Shown here: positions 1-13,905 of the stretch, piece after piece
Layout of the letters: each line of letters starts with the position of its first letter
Numbering within the stretch: position 1 is the first letter of the stretch
NCBI RefSeq assembly: GCF_963921235.1
Contig: NC_086108.1
Span: forward strand, 60,080,001-60,144,000
Length of the DNA: 64,000 nt
DNA from: Mobula hypostoma
Lineage: Eukaryota
Direction of reading: 5' to 3'
Notes under the pieces: generated by a model
What the model was told of the DNA's origin: nothing
Databases searched by the model: none
What the model saw: only the letters and a program-made list of their open reading frames with translations
Made by a program: the position numbers and the translations under genes

Positions 1-790
1 ATTAAATACAGAAAGACCATGGGCGCTGATGAAAAAAAAGACATCAACTTCCCCCCCACCACCAACCAGCGCGAGAAAAAAAGCAAAACCTGCAAACCCC
101 AAAATACCCCGTTTTCCCACAGCATAGAAACAGCCACAATAGCAATCAATGACCCTCTACACAACAATCCCCGACCCCTCACTCGCAGAAAAGAACAGCA
201 ACAGTAGCAAAAACCCCCAATACCACCTCTTACACATAAAAAATTAACAGATCACTCACCCACCAATCGTCCACAAGAAGACACCAAAAAGCTGAAGGAA
301 ACCAATATAAAGTATTGTCCAATAACCACATAAATCTCCAAATATGGGAAATGTCTTTTCACTGCATACATGGACAGCAGCAGCACTAACCCAGTCCTTA
401 CGTAGAGTTACCGCCAACCTGGGTCCCAACAGTGCCGACCTAGGTCTGAATATACCGATCCAGCTGCTAATTGTCATGCACTGAGCCATTGCTGACCCCC
501 TCTGCATTCAGACCAATGCTTCAATCTTCCTCGCCACCTCGAGATGGAGTTATTCATGACCCCACGTATCATCTCTGATGTCCAGGAGGCAGTTCTCTGG
601 ACACGGCATAGTGCTGGATCCTTCGACCAAGATTCAAACTATATTCCACAGGCTCCAATAGTTTCCGCGGCACAAACAAAACAAAAAGAACAAGCAGAAG
701 GCATAGAAAGGGTGAAGTAATTGGAAAGATTTGCTATCTGGAAGATGTCGCCCGAGGAATCGTTGTTCAGTGGCGCCATCTTGACCGGAA
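1..790 (-). mobile_element. Non-autonomous LINE-derived repeat, cut by the window start
   Basis: Minus-strand 5' end TTCCGGTCAAGATGGCGCC at ~772-790, similar to the elements at 21743, 33230 and 36330; no credible ORF. Confidence 0.4.
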
Positions 791-1244
791 ATACTCTCTC
801 TCACATGCCCACCAACAGGCACTGATGTTAGGGGCAATTTGCAGAATCTAATTATCGTAATAGCTAACATGCATTTGGGATGTAATTGGGGGTGAGTGAA
901 ACAGGAACATCTGGGTGAAAGGCACACCATCACAGGGAGACTGCACAGATACAGTGCTGGCTGCTCTGAGTCAGCTGTATTGTGCCACTTGCACTGCTAG
1001 ATTCAGAACTGGTCAATGTATCATTCTCCTCCAGCAGCCTCATACCAAAGTTCCAAAGGTTTGTCACAGCCTTGTGCACTTAACAATCCTGCAGTCATCA
1101 TGATCTCATCTCACACACCACCAGTTATTCATCTGTGGCAGGCGCAATGCAAACAGTTTTGCTTTTTATCAAGTGATGTCTCTATTTCTATCCCTTTGAA
1201 TATAGGAGGCAGCATCAGATAATCAGAGGTAATCAGGGCGGACT

Positions 1245-2056
1245 GCATGACAGATGGAATTTAATGCAGACTAGCACGAAGTTTTGCACTTCAGTAGGAC
1301 CAACCAGAGTAGGTCTTGCACAGTAAACAGTAGGGCAGTGAGGAATGTGGTAGAACAAAGGGATCAGAGAATACAGGTCCATAATTCATTGAAAGTGGTG
1401 TCACAGATAGAGAGAGCCATAAAGAAAGCTTTTGACACATTAACCTTCATAAATCAAAGTACTGAACACAGAGGATGGGTTGTTATGTTGAAATTGTATA
1501 AAGCATTGGTGAAGCCTAACTTGGAGTATTGTGTGCAGTTTTGGTCATCTACCTACAAGAAAGATGTGAACAAGGTTGAAAGAGTGCAAAGAAAATTTAC
1601 AAGGATGTTTCTGGGTCTGGAGGATCTGAAATATAAGAAAAGATTGAATAGGGTAGGACTGTATACTGTAGAACGTAGAAGATTGAGAGGAGATTTGGAA
1701 GATGTACAGATAGAATAAATGCAAGCAGGCTTTTACCACTGAGGTTTGGTGGGACTACAATGAGGGGTCATGGGTTAACGGTGAAAGGTGAAAACTTTAA
1801 GAGCAACTTGAGGAGAAATTTCTTCACTCAAAGGGTTGTGAGGGTTTGGAAGGAGCTGCTGGCACAAGTGGTCCATGCGAGCTTGATTTCAACATTTAAG
1901 AGAAGTTTGGATGGGTGCATGGATAGTAGGGATATGGAGGGCTGTGGTCCCTGTGCAGGTCATTGGGAATTCATTGGGAATAGGCACTTCCAATGATTTT
2001 CAGCGTGGACTAGATGGGCTGAAGAGTCTGTTTCTGTGCTGTACTCTATGACTCTA
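1245..2056 (+). mobile_element. CR1 LINE, 5'-truncated (ORF2 C-terminus and 3' UTR)
   Basis: LYKALVKPNLEYCVQFWS, ERVQRKFTRM, RRRLRGDL and NFFTQRVVRVW motifs; tail ctctatgactct. Confidence 0.9.
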
Positions 2057-2115
2057 AAGTGCAGCATTCTAACAGGCCAGTATGAATCTCAGTACTGAGG
2101 TTTTCTCCAGGGGCT

Positions 2116-2150
2116 CAGAGAGTGAGTGAGTGAGTGAGTGAGTTAGTTAG
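2116..2150. repeat. (GAGT)n/(TAGT)n microsatellite
   Basis: Direct inspection. Confidence 0.85.
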
Positions 2151-4371
2151 TTGCTTTGTGACATCAGTGGCCTGCTCCATCTCATTTTCTGTGGCTGTAC
2201 TACTTTCATTGTTGTCATACTTCGTGCCCATCTGCAAGCTACAACTGGAGTCAGAAACTGTGACATTTGCAGATAATTTTGAATCGTCACCTTTTGATTT
2301 TTTATGGTGGCCCAAATACATGAGATAACAGACTGCTGCGGAGTGAAGTCTTCATAATTGTTGCTAGGATATTGGGCACAGCTTCAAATGATGTACTTGC
2401 CCTGTGTCACACTCCAGCTAGATAGTGCCAGAGTGGAATCTCTTCTGGTTCTACCATGGAGTAGAGCTGAGTACTCTGAAATAATGAACTATGATCAACT
2501 CTCTTCCAACAGAGACTATCAGTGACTTCCTTTATATTGCATCAAGGAAAAAACAACAAAAAGTTGCACATAACCCCAGCACCAGACTTGAAAGCGTCCA
2601 GTGCATTAGTGTTTACACCCAAGTTTACAAGGACAGAGGTTGAAGTTGTCAGTGCAACTGTTCTTAAAAGAAAGGACTTGAAGATGTAATCTAGCAGTGT
2701 AAATTCCTTTCTGTCGTGCATAATTTTTGGCTTGAAAATTGCATTTCTTACTGTTCTTTTCACATCTTTATGGATAATTGTCATGTGGGGCGGTTCATAA
2801 AAATTTCTAAACTGCTTTAATGTATGCTGTGAAACCTCCTTCATATTATGAATATTGAATTCCTCCTCAAATCAAGCAGCTGTTACTCTCGTCATTACAT
2901 TGCTTACTTACACCACCTACTTACCTATAAACTTGTTTTAATTTACATTTCATTTGGTTCAGGTTTCCATAGCATTTTTTCCTGAATGGTACTTGTTTTT
3001 AATTCCACTTTTCTCACCTCCTATTCTGGAAGTTCATAATTTGCATGAAGCTAGATTAAATGTGTTCACATCATTTTAACATAAGTACATTATGGTTAGG
3101 TTGATCACATCTTACCAGATGATGAAATCTCTACTTTATAGCAAGGATCACTGGAGAGATGAGGAGACTGCGAACCATATTTAGATTTCCTCTGCCTTGT
3201 GCAGAGGTATGATGGTAATTATATTCCTGAATAGTGCGTGATGCACTCTTTGATGCAGAACAGGAAGTTAAATGATTGTAAAATTATTTCATTTCTGTTT
3301 TTGCTCCAACATTGCTGCCACAACCAACCACAGACTGGGCCATGGAGTTTGGGTGCCTTCGCAGGTGGGCAGCCGAAAGGGATCAGCGATCACGCTCACG
3401 AGAATGCATATTCTGGCCAATTAGGATTTCTTTATGGCTATATTTACTGTAACTCCTTTCCTTTTGTTTCAGCCTTGATCGAAGCTCGGCAACAGCAATG
3501 CTCCCCCACTTACCCAGTCCCTGTTCCGCATAAGAAGACTGCACGTTATACTGATGCTGTAAAAGAGCGGTACTAACTTAATATTAAGTTACAGCTTCCA
3601 AGCTTTGGTGTCAGTGTTAGATTTTTAGTTCTCGAGTTTTATTTAGCTCGTATCCTGTGCATTTCTTACTAAAATTCAGTGAACAGCTCATTCTGCTTCA
3701 GTGACTCGTTCTACACGTGGGCTATCACCAAACATCACGTTAATTACTAATAGATTTTAACTCTTTGCAAATGCTGAAAACCTGAAATAAAAAAATGGAA
3801 AAGCTAAAGATACTCAGTAGCGTCAGAGCAAAGCAAAACAGAATTAACCTTTCATCAGAACATGGTCTTCAATTTGAAATATTAACGTTTTCTCTTTTCC
3901 TCAATACTGCCTGACTGGCTATATAAATCCAGCATTTTGGGAATGTAACCATGACGTTTAGAGCTCATATGTTTCATACCTTACAGAGTAGGTCACCAAT
4001 CTAACTATGCTAATCATAATTGCAAGGATATTTCAACCTACATTCATACTGAATGGTTGTGTACATGTTTGGAGCCTTGCAAAAAGGTGCCACTATAATC
4101 AAAGGAAGAATACAAAGGCAATTGTTCCATAGAAGTTCAATAAAGCTCCAACAAATTAAGGAAATAATACTCAGCACTGATGATTATTTTAAGGAAGTGT
4201 GTGTGCTCAGATTACTTGTGGAAAGGATTTGCTCCTGAACTCTGAAATTGAATGAGAGTGGGTGGTTCTTTGGCTGTTGAAGATTGGACGTGCATTCTGG
4301 GACAATAGGTGCAACCGTGACTTCCTGTAAAGCAACCAGAAGGCATTGGAGAGAGTGAAGCTGCAGGAGGG

Positions 4372-4607
4372 ATGGAGCTTGCAAGAAATGCTAGCCATTT
4401 ACTTAGAGGCCCTGTCCAGTGCAGAGGCCGTTCAGATGGTAGCAGCCTCCCAGAAGTGGAGATCTTTCGCTCTGCCCTGGCCAAATACCTACAACCAGAA
4501 CCTGTCAAAGCCACTTCGTCCTTATTTCAAAAAGTCTCCAGATTTTTGTCATGCACTGCAGGGAACATATCCAGAATCTTCCAGGCAGGAACCAAGGAAC
4601 GCATGAA
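4372..4607 (+). CDS. Candidate first coding exon of an unidentified host gene (MELARNASHL...GTKERM, phase-2 donor)
   Basis: ATG in good Kozak context (gggATGG); 78 open codons in non-repeat sequence; ends at a consensus donor AA|GTAAGT (4608-4613). Protein not recognised. Confidence 0.4.
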
Positions 4608-6070
4608 GTAAGTCACTGCGGAGAGTTTTGCCATGACCGGAAATTGTGCAACATCTGTGCTAAATATGAGATTAAAGATTCGCTGTATTTGTCACATCAA
4701 AACATTGAAAAAATACAGTGAAATACAGGAGTGCATTAAATCAAATCAGAGACAAATTGTGCTGAGCAGTCCATATCTTCACCTGAGACTTATCGGAAAG
4801 ATCAGGCTGAACTCGCATAGATGCAGTTTATCTCAGCACATGGAGACATATATATAGGCCCAGCAATGGTCCCTCTCCATCAGTGTAACTAACATACAGT
4901 CACAAGAAATGAATGCAGGTGTGGGAAGAATTTCAGTGGAACTACGCTGACATTTTCATGTCTTGTCAATTCAAGCTGTCTCACACCAACGTACATGAAC
5001 ACAGGCTGAAGGAGTGGTTGCTAGGATACAAAAGATGCTCTTCAACTTGGCTGATGATAGCCACAAAAAAAACCCTGACCATTGAAGTGAAGACCAGATC
5101 AGCACGTTGAAGATGCAGTTCAGGTGACTGAATAATCAGTTCACTGTACTTTGGAGCATTCAGAATTGCCCTAGTTTGTTGTCCGCGGCACAGCAGCGGG
5201 CTCAGAATTGCAGGAGGAGGAAGGTGTGGAGTGCACATTGTCGGTAGACAAAACAGAATGAGGAGAAGGATAACCACTCATCAATAACACTTCTGAATAT
5301 TGCTAATGCTGGCAATCTGAAATAATAACTGAAAACGTTGGAAACACTCAGGAAATTAGGCAACATCTGTGAGAAGTCAAAATAAATTTATTATCAAATT
5401 ACACATCACCAAATACTACCTTGAGATTCATTTTCTTGCAGGTATTAACAGGAAAATTCAACAATAGCATTTATGAAGTATACATAACAAATACTGACAA
5501 ACAACTAGACAAAGACTGACATGCAACCAGAGTTAACATCTCAGGTTGAAGAGATAATGATCCCAATCCAGCAATAACGACCCACACTGCTGCCTGGCAT
5601 CAGTTACTTACTGCAGTAGGGCTTTAAGTTGAGCCCAATATCCATTACTCTTTTCAATAACTTCTCACGGGCCAGAGATGCATTTCACCCTTAACACTCA
5701 GCTAGATGCCAGCTTAATCCAGATAAGAGACACATTGAAGGCACAAGATGTTTTTGCATCCAGGTTCTGCACGTCAAGGATTGAGGGAATTATCTGATGA
5801 CCTGCCAATCCTGAGCAGGACTTCAGACAGGAAACATCTGGGCTCTTCAGTTATACCCTGGCCACCATCGCCTGCTCTTGTTCACTTGAGTCAGAAAACT
5901 TTCTATGCAACTCAATCAGCTGACATGCGAGTACTTCAGCTGGGATCTGGTAAGCACGAGTCCTGTAATGGTCTACTTTTACAATGAGTCAACCTTCCAT
6001 TGATATATTGTTCCCAAAATCTTCTGATTTTTGCAGATATGAAATACCCAACAGATAGTAGAAAACAAGT

Positions 6071-6365
6071 TCAAGATTGTTATATAGCACTTCCTGTACA
6101 CAAGTGTAAAATAGAATGAAATAACTTCTCCAGATTTTTGCAGTACAAAAACGATAATAAAAACAATAAATATAAATACACAAGATAGCTTATACACATT
6201 GATTGTGTGTCCGTAATGTGATGCTGGGCTGTACACGAGGTGACTGACAGGAAATAAAGTAGTCTTGGACTTAATGGGTGAGGGGTTGATTAGACTAGCT
6301 GTTTGGAGAAAGTAACTTTTTTAATAAAATTTCATGATCCTGGTGTGGATGCTACATGGTCACCT
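6071..6365 (-). mobile_element. Rex1/Babar-type LINE 3' end fragment
   Basis: Minus-strand tail ending in cttgaacttg and a 3' UTR resembling other Rex-like copies in the window. Confidence 0.5.
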
Positions 6366-6370
6366 CCCTG

Positions 6371-6852
6371 ATAAGACCACAAGATATAGGAGCTATTCAG
6401 CCCATCAAGTCTACCCTGCCATTCAGTCATGGGCTGATCCAATTCTTCCAGTCATCCCCACTCCCCTGCCTTCTCCCCATATCTTTTTATGCCCTGGCTA
6501 ATCAAGAACCTGTCTATCTCTACCTTAAATACACCCAATGACTTGGCCTCCACAGCCACTTGTGGCAACAAATTCCACAGATTTACCACCCTCTGACTAA
6601 AGTAACTTCTCCACATCTCTGTTCTAAATGGACATCCTTCAATCCTGAAATCATGCCCTCTTGTCCTAGACTCCCATACCATGGGAAATAACTTGGCCAT
6701 ATCTAATCTGTTCAGGCCTTTTAACATTCAGAATGTTTCTATGAGATCTCCCCTCCTTCTCCCGAACTCCAGGGAATACAGCCCAAGAGCTGCTAGACAT
6801 TCCTCATACAGTAACCCTTTCATTCCGGGAATCATTCTCATGAACCTTCTCT
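6371..6852 (-). mobile_element. CR1 LINE 3' fragment
   Basis: ESRTRGHDFRIEG, YFSQRVVNLWNLLP and FKVEIDRFL motifs; CR1 3' UTR. Confidence 0.9.
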
Positions 6853-7999
6853 TAACCCCAAGAGTGAGGCAAACAATCCATGAGCAGAATGGGTTAATGC
6901 TAGACAGTAGGGTAGTTAATTCCAGAAAGGCAAGAATGCTAACATACAGAGTCTATTTCACCCTCTGCTGAAATCACCTTAATGACAAGTCAGCTGATGA
7001 TATAGCAATTCCTGACAGAGACTTCAGTTTATCTTGTCCAAAGGTCAAAACGCCATTGATTTTCAGTGCTTCCTCCTCTGCATTTACTAAGCGAGGCATC
7101 AGTGGAAAACTACCTCCCGTCCTCTCCTTCGCCCATAGGATTTGAGCTCTTTTTATGGGATGGGGAAGAAAGGAGATGAACAACTAATGGGGTGCGTATT
7201 TATTGTATTTGGTCTGTGCGCTCAACAGAGCGGGTGTGTGATTGAAGAATAAAGGAACACATGTAGAAAAGGTAGACAGGTTCTTCCCAGGTTACAGCAG
7301 GGAGCAGGGTTCCATTCCTGAGAAGTCAGTAACCCGAACAGTTCATGAGTCAGAAATGTGGCCATGAACTGAGTTCTCATGCAGCAGAAGATGCTTGCAG
7401 CCCTGTAGCTACCAGCAAAACCATCCCCAAGTTTCCAAAATGCTCATTCTATATATATAGCAGTACAGAACTGATTTGTAAACTGGAGAGGTTCCGAATC
7501 AATAACTGTGCAATTTTAGGATCAGGTTAGTCCATTAAGAGTTTTCCTGCACAAAATCCTGCAGCTTGATACAATGCTTCTATGCTGACCTCCTGAGGTC
7601 CTCCAGCTATACTTTATTTGGATCATTCTTCCCATGGTTACAGTAGAGCAAGCAGTCATGGTACTGTACTTCACAGTCATGGCAGTGAAAACAGTGTGCA
7701 CCCTTTGAACAATCCCAATTTCCTGGTTCTGGAACTATAGCCTCTGTGCCAAATCTTCCAACTTGAAATTTCCTTTTAGGTTTGGCCTTTTAAGCACGGA
7801 AGCAGAATTTGTGTTATTCAAGGCCATACCACTGTCTATTTGTGTGTAAACAATGTCACACCAAGAAATAAAGTTAAAAGAGGTTTAAACTTTAAAATGC
7901 CACAGATAAACACCCTGAAATCGATTCTGATTTTCTCACTAGATGTTGGCCTAGCCAACTCTCAGCAGCCCACAAAACAATTCACTCAGCATATAAATC

Positions 8000-8529
8000 A
8001 ATATTACCACAGGCAAGTCAATAAAATAGAATTGAAAGTGCATGTAGCGTGCAGTAAAGAGCTCACTGTCTTGGTGACAAGACCTCAATGGTGGAAGAGT
8101 ATGTACAGTGTAAGGAAAGATGCTGTTACTCAGTCTGGCAGTCCTAGTCCTGATGGTCTTGTACCTCCTCCCTGATTGTGGTGGGTCAAAGAGATTGTGG
8201 AATGGGTGGTTGGAATCCTCGACTATGCCTTGGACCCTTCATATACAATGCTCCCAGTAAATGTCACAAATGGGGAGGGGGGTAGGGAAAGGGAGACCTT
8301 ATGATTCTGTTGGTAGTTTTTACTTTCCTCTGTAGGGTCTTGCGGTCTGATGCCTTGCAGCTTCCCTGCCACAAAATGATGTATCCAGACAGGACAATCT
8401 CAATGGTGCTCCTGTAGAAAGTTGTTAGAATGGTGGGGAGCGAGGAACCTCGTACGTTTCAATTCTCCTCAAAAAATGAAGACACCACTGTGTCTTTTTG
8501 ACTAATGAGATGTGGATCCAGGTTAGATC
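8000..8529 (-). mobile_element. Rex1/Babar-type LINE fragment, interrupted by the Gypsy element (resumes ~13365-13400)
   Basis: Decayed RT C-terminal region similar to the copies at 44840-45835 and 49815-50737; sequence continues across the AGATC TSD. Confidence 0.6.
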
Positions 8530-11500
8530 TGTCACAGCTGACTAGATAACTTCATCAGTTTAACTTCCTTCATACGGAATATGGGTGGATCCAATTGCAG
8601 AGAAAAGTCACACAAAATTAGAAGAAAAAAATCCAACAAGGCTTTACTTGATTCCTCAGCAGGCAAGGTACAGGCAGCAGGTCCAGAAATCTCACAAGCA
8701 AAGTGAAAATCCAAAAACAAAACTAACTGGAGTTTCAGAAACTAGAGATTCCTATAACAAAGGTTAAAAAGTAGCCCAACAGGCAAGTGAGCAGGAAGGA
8801 GTTGGCCTTGTCATCTCTGTCTCCCTCTGGTGGCCAATTCAAGTAGTGACAGTGCCCCCTCCTCCTGACAGCCCAGGACAATCAGGATGGTGGCAGTGGA
8901 AAGCCTGGATCAGATTTAGGTCTAAGATATGTCATGCTGGCACCTCACTACACTCCTCTGGACCATATCCCTCATAGTCAATCAGATAGTGGAGGCTGTG
9001 ACCATGACATCAGGAATCAAGCAGCCTCCTCACCAAAAAATGAGGCCACCACCTGCAATGCAAAGGGAGGATGGGAAGGGAGCTGGAGGAGAGAGGAGAG
9101 GTTTCTACTGAAAGACATGGAAAGTGGGACTTACTCGCTGATGCCGGCAGAGCCAGCTTGTACATGACAGAGTTAACCCGTCTGATGATCTTAAATGGCC
9201 CAACCAATCTGAGCCAATTTTCTGGACTCTACTCACAAAGGCAAGTCCTTAGCTGGGAGCCAGACCTCCTGTCCTGGCCTGAAGGGAAAAATAAATCTTT
9301 TCCCATCGGCTTGCTTCTGGCGTTAGGTTAAGGTGCGCCTCAGGGCTGCCCGAGCCCTTCTCCAGTCTTCCTGCATCAAGCAACAAACTTTCTGCAGTCA
9401 GAACCCCACCTCCACGTCCTGACTGGGGGGAAAGTGGCAGCTGAAACCCGAGTTGGCATTCAAATGGGGATAAGCCGGGGGAGGTGCTCTGCAGAACGTT
9501 ATGTGCCAGTTCTGCCCAGATCAAGAGCTGGCTCCAGGAGGATGGATGGCTCCAGAGGTATTTCACGAGGTCCTAATTAACCTGTTCTGCTTGACCATTG
9601 GACTGGGGGTTGAAAGCTGAAGAGGGACTGATAGATGAGCCAAAAAGAGACCACAAGTCTTCCAGTAATGGGGGGCCACGATCAGACACAGTGTCGACAA
9701 GAATGCCATGAATCCTGACAATATTCTGCAGCGAAATATCAGTTTCTTTGGCAGAGGGAAGTTTAGACAGGGCAATGAAGTGAGCAGCTTTAGAAAGATG
9801 GTCTACCGCCACCAGAGTAACAGTGTTACCTTGTGATGGTGGCAGGCCAGTATTGAAATCTATACAGATGTGGGATGAGTAGAGGGTGCAGAAGCCCAGC
9901 AGAGTGCTGATTAGAAGATTTATATTTAGTACAGACAGAACAGGCATGAACAAATGATTGGATATCCCTCATCTCTGGCTACCTAAACATCTTCAAATAC
10001 ACTCCAGTGTCCTCCATGCCCCAGGATGCCTACCAAAATGGGAAGTGTGATCCCACTGGGGGACCTCACACCTTACTGCCTGCGTAACAAACAAACATCC
10101 CACTGGAAACTTATCGGGGATGGCTTCATGCATTGTGCCTCATGGACAACAGGAGCCAGAATGTTGTCTCCGGATACGATGGGCTCTGGTGAACGGTCCT
10201 TCTCTGAACAGTCATACTGCCAGGGAAGGGCACTGACTTTCACATCCTTTGAGCCTGCTCTGTAAGAGAAAGTACAGGTAAAGTGTGTTTTTAAAAAAGT
10301 GCCCACCTGGCCTACTGGGAATTCAGGCAGTTAGTCTCCTGGTTAGCAGCAAGATTTTTGTGAGCCATCAATACAAAAACCTTTCAGCCAGCGGTGCCAC
10401 TCTTGACTGCTAGGATCCCTCAGTTACCGACATTATAGTTCCTCTCCGCAGGGGACAGGCATCTGTAAAAGAATGAACAGGGGTGAACCCTACTGTCAGT
10501 CACAGACCTCAGAGCAGCTCCAACACCAACCTCCGACATAGCTACCTCACCAGTAAAGGGTAGCTCAGGGTTTTAGCGCATCAGTATTGGGGCTAAAGTG
10601 AATCGCCTCTTGAATTCATCAGTCATCCAATGAATACGGGACAGGGAGCACTTAGTAAGTGCAGAGATGGGTGCAGTAATCAACCTGCAATTGGCAATGA
10701 AGCGCCTATAGAAATTGATAAAGCTGAGATGGGTCTGCACCTGCTTTAAGGTCTCTGGCTGTGGCCTGTCAGTGATGGCTATAACCTTCACTGGCTTCAT
10801 CTCATGTCTTCTGGAGAGACAACATAAGCTAGGAAGACGACTTTGGAATGGAACTCAATTTTTAAGCTTCGCAAAGAGGTGACTTTCACAGCTTCTGGAG
10901 GACCTGCTGAACATGCTCCAGGAGAGAGTGTTTGAAAAGGTTACACAAAAACAAAGCGGTTCAACATTTCACAGAATATCATTTATGGAGGCCTGAAAAA
11001 CTGCAGGGGTATTTACCAATCTTAATGGTATGACGAGATATTCCCAGTGGCCAGTAGGGGTGCAAAAGGCAGCCCTCCATTCATCACCTTCTCTGATGCA
11101 TATCAGACTGTAGGCACTATGCAGACTGAGTTTATGAAATGGTGGCTTTCTGTAGAATCTCAAACATAGACAACATCAATGGGAGAGGACAACAGTTTTA
11201 ACAGTAATTTTACTGAGACCTCAATAGTCAATATAGGGACAGAGGCCACCACCTTTCTTGGATATTAAGAAGCTAGGACTGGCTGATGAGACAAAAGGGC
11301 AAATAAAACCAGTTTCCAGAGTATCCAGGATATATTCGTCCATGGCCATGGTTTCTGGTGTAGAGAGAGAATACAAACGACCTCTAGAAGGAACAGTACC
11401 CGTGAGAAGTTCAAAGGCACATTCATATGGTCTGAGTGGTGTCAACTCAGTAGCTCAGTATTTACTAAATATCTCTCTAGGATCATGATAGTCAGGAAGC

Positions 11501-13359
11501 AAATGCACAAGGACTAATGAGTAGTCGAGAGAATCTCCAGGATTCACCCCTTCAGCTGCTGCAGCTGCTTCTTCGTGCACCGTGGACACTGGGAAAGCAG
11601 AAGAGTTGCAGGAATTCAAGCATGCAGAGCTCCAAAGAGATCCAGTGGCCCAGAAGAACTATGGGTCACGAAGCCTCAGCCAGGGATAACCAAGGGTCAA
11701 AGGGTCTCCGAAGGACTCGAGGAGATACAGAGAAATTATTTCAAGGTGGGTTTTCCCTGTGGTCAAACAGAGAGGCTTATCTGTACTTGATTACTCTCGA
11801 GCCAGTGGGCTTGCTATGTATAGCATGAACCTTCTGGGGGAGAGACAAGCCTCAGAGTGAACACGCATCTTCCATGCCAATTTAATATCAAGGAAGTTAT
11901 CAGCTGCACAGTAATGCATAAAAATGCATAATGCACCACAGGTCCACTCATTTGGGTCATTCCAGGCTGGTAGTAGTAAACAGGAGTGGGGTCTCAAGTT
12001 GGGGCATTCCGCTCACTAAAATCCTCCCAACCGCCAGTGAGTTTTTGGCTTTTACTGCTAGCTCAAGGTAGGAGAGACACAGGTGGCCACTAGATCCACA
12101 GTAAAGGCGATACCATTCTCTTGCATCTCTCAGCCTCCTCTGGTGTCAGGCAAGTTCAGCCTAACTGTCTCAGTTCATTTTCTGGCTGTGGACTAGAATG
12201 GGAGATGGTGATCTCAGTAACGATGGACTTGGAGAAGCAGTGTTTGCTCCTCCTGTCACAAACAGTTGTCAATTCAGATGGCCACAGTTATGAGCTCCTC
12301 CAGGCTGGACCCCCATTCCCTACTGGTAAGTTCATCCTTCACTTCTTTAGAGAGGCCATTGCGAAAGATTGTGACGAATGCTTCCAAGTCCCACTTGCTT
12401 TCAGCGGCCAGAGACCAGAATTCTATTGCAAACTCCAACAGATCATGTCCCTGGCACAGATCTAACAGCCACCTCATTGCTTCCCAGTGAGTGGGTGGTC
12501 AAAAACCTGTTTAAGGTTGTCCATGAACACCTTTCGATCACTGCAAATTGGAGATTGCTGGGACCACAAAGCAGTTGCCCTCTCTCGTGCACAATCTGAC
12601 ATTAGACATAACATCAGTGTTCTTGGATTTATCAGACTGAAGGCAGGAGCTGAAAGACAAGGACAAACTGAGTCAGAAAACCTCTGCAGCTAACTGGATT
12701 GCCATAACACCAGGGAGCATGGATCTTGGGCTGGCACATTTGCAGGTGACACTGTCCCAGAAGTCTTTGTGCAGTGTCAATGCCAAGAACTTTGAGTAAT
12801 TCATGAATGTAACAGCTGAAGAGACTCTGATAACTATTTAACAGCATCCATAAGCTGTAGCTGTAGTTGATCCTGATGTGTACCCAGCAAGGCTCCGTGC
12901 TTAACAACAGCAGCTCAGAGCTATTCCCTCCCTGCTGGGTCTATCTTGATAGCTCAGACTTGCTGTCACAACTGACTAGGCAAGTTCTTCAGTTTTAACT
13001 TCCTTCCCACTGAATAATGGTGAACCCAAATGCAGAGAAAACTCACACAAAATTAGAGGGAAAAAATCCAAAAAGACTTTACTTAATTCCTTAGCAGGCA
13101 AGGTAAAGACAGTGAGTCCGAAAACCTCATAGACAATGTCAAAATCCAAAAACATTAACCCATTTCAGAAACTAAAGGCTCCTACTAGGCTTCACTTACA
13201 AAAGATGACTCCAAGACTGCAAAAGAATAAGGGACGATGAAGTTATATAGAGCTACAAACAAGACTCCGGTGATAATAATGAACTAATAGGCAGGTGAGC
13301 AGAAAGAGATTGGCCTTGTCATCTCTGCCTCCCTCTAGTGGCCAGTTTGAGGTGTGACA
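8530..13359 (-). mobile_element. Gypsy/Ty3 chromovirus (Sushi-like) LTR retrotransposon, full-length but decayed
   Basis: LTRs 8530-8851 and 12964-13359 (TGTCAC...GTGACA); 5-bp TSD AGATC (8525-8529, 13360-13364); PPT next to 8852. Gag (FAIEFWSLAAES..W), RT ([31 protein letters not shown]), RNase H, integrase (TVTLVAVDHLSKAAHFI, PQSNGQAE, GPFKI) and chromodomain (YLIDYEGYGPEE, ~8930-8990). Many stops and frameshifts. Confidence 0.95.
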
Positions 13360-13882
13360 AGATCCTCTGTTAGGTGTATGTACACCAAGGAATTTAATTG
13401 AGAGTTCAATCAGTTAACTGCATTGAAATTAAAAGATGACAAACTGGCTAGATAGTTTATTCATAAACTCTTATAGAAGAGTTTGATGATCATGAAATTA
13501 ACATGGATTTATAGCAGAAAGCCGATTGATGTAGTGAGTTAGCAAGGAAGAGTTAGGATGAGGCACTGGATGATTGTCAGCAAAGTAAAATAATAGGCGA
13601 ATTGTAAGGTGAATTTCTTGGCCAGCTTAGGGGAGTAGGAAGAACAGCTAGTAAATCCAAACTGCAAATAAGTGAGGTATTGAACATTTTTCTTTATGCC
13701 GTTGACATATAGCTCTCAGGAGACCCAAAATCCAATGCTTGTATAGTTCTATATTGTTACCTCCACATATGAAGAGCATTTAAGTTTTGAAAAATGGGAA
13801 CTACAATAACTGTAATAATTAATAGTTGAAATAGAAACCTCAGACTTAGCTGTGTTGAATCATGCGAGAGCAAGATAAAAGA

Positions 13883-13905
13883 CAGAGAGAGAGAGAGAGA
13901 GAAAG
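13883..13905. repeat. (GA)n microsatellite
   Basis: Direct inspection. Confidence 0.85.

Noticed and set aside
6974..7183. Possible Harbinger Myb/SANT relic (ERTGGS...EEEALKING)
   Set aside because: Motif too short and degenerate to support a call without a search.
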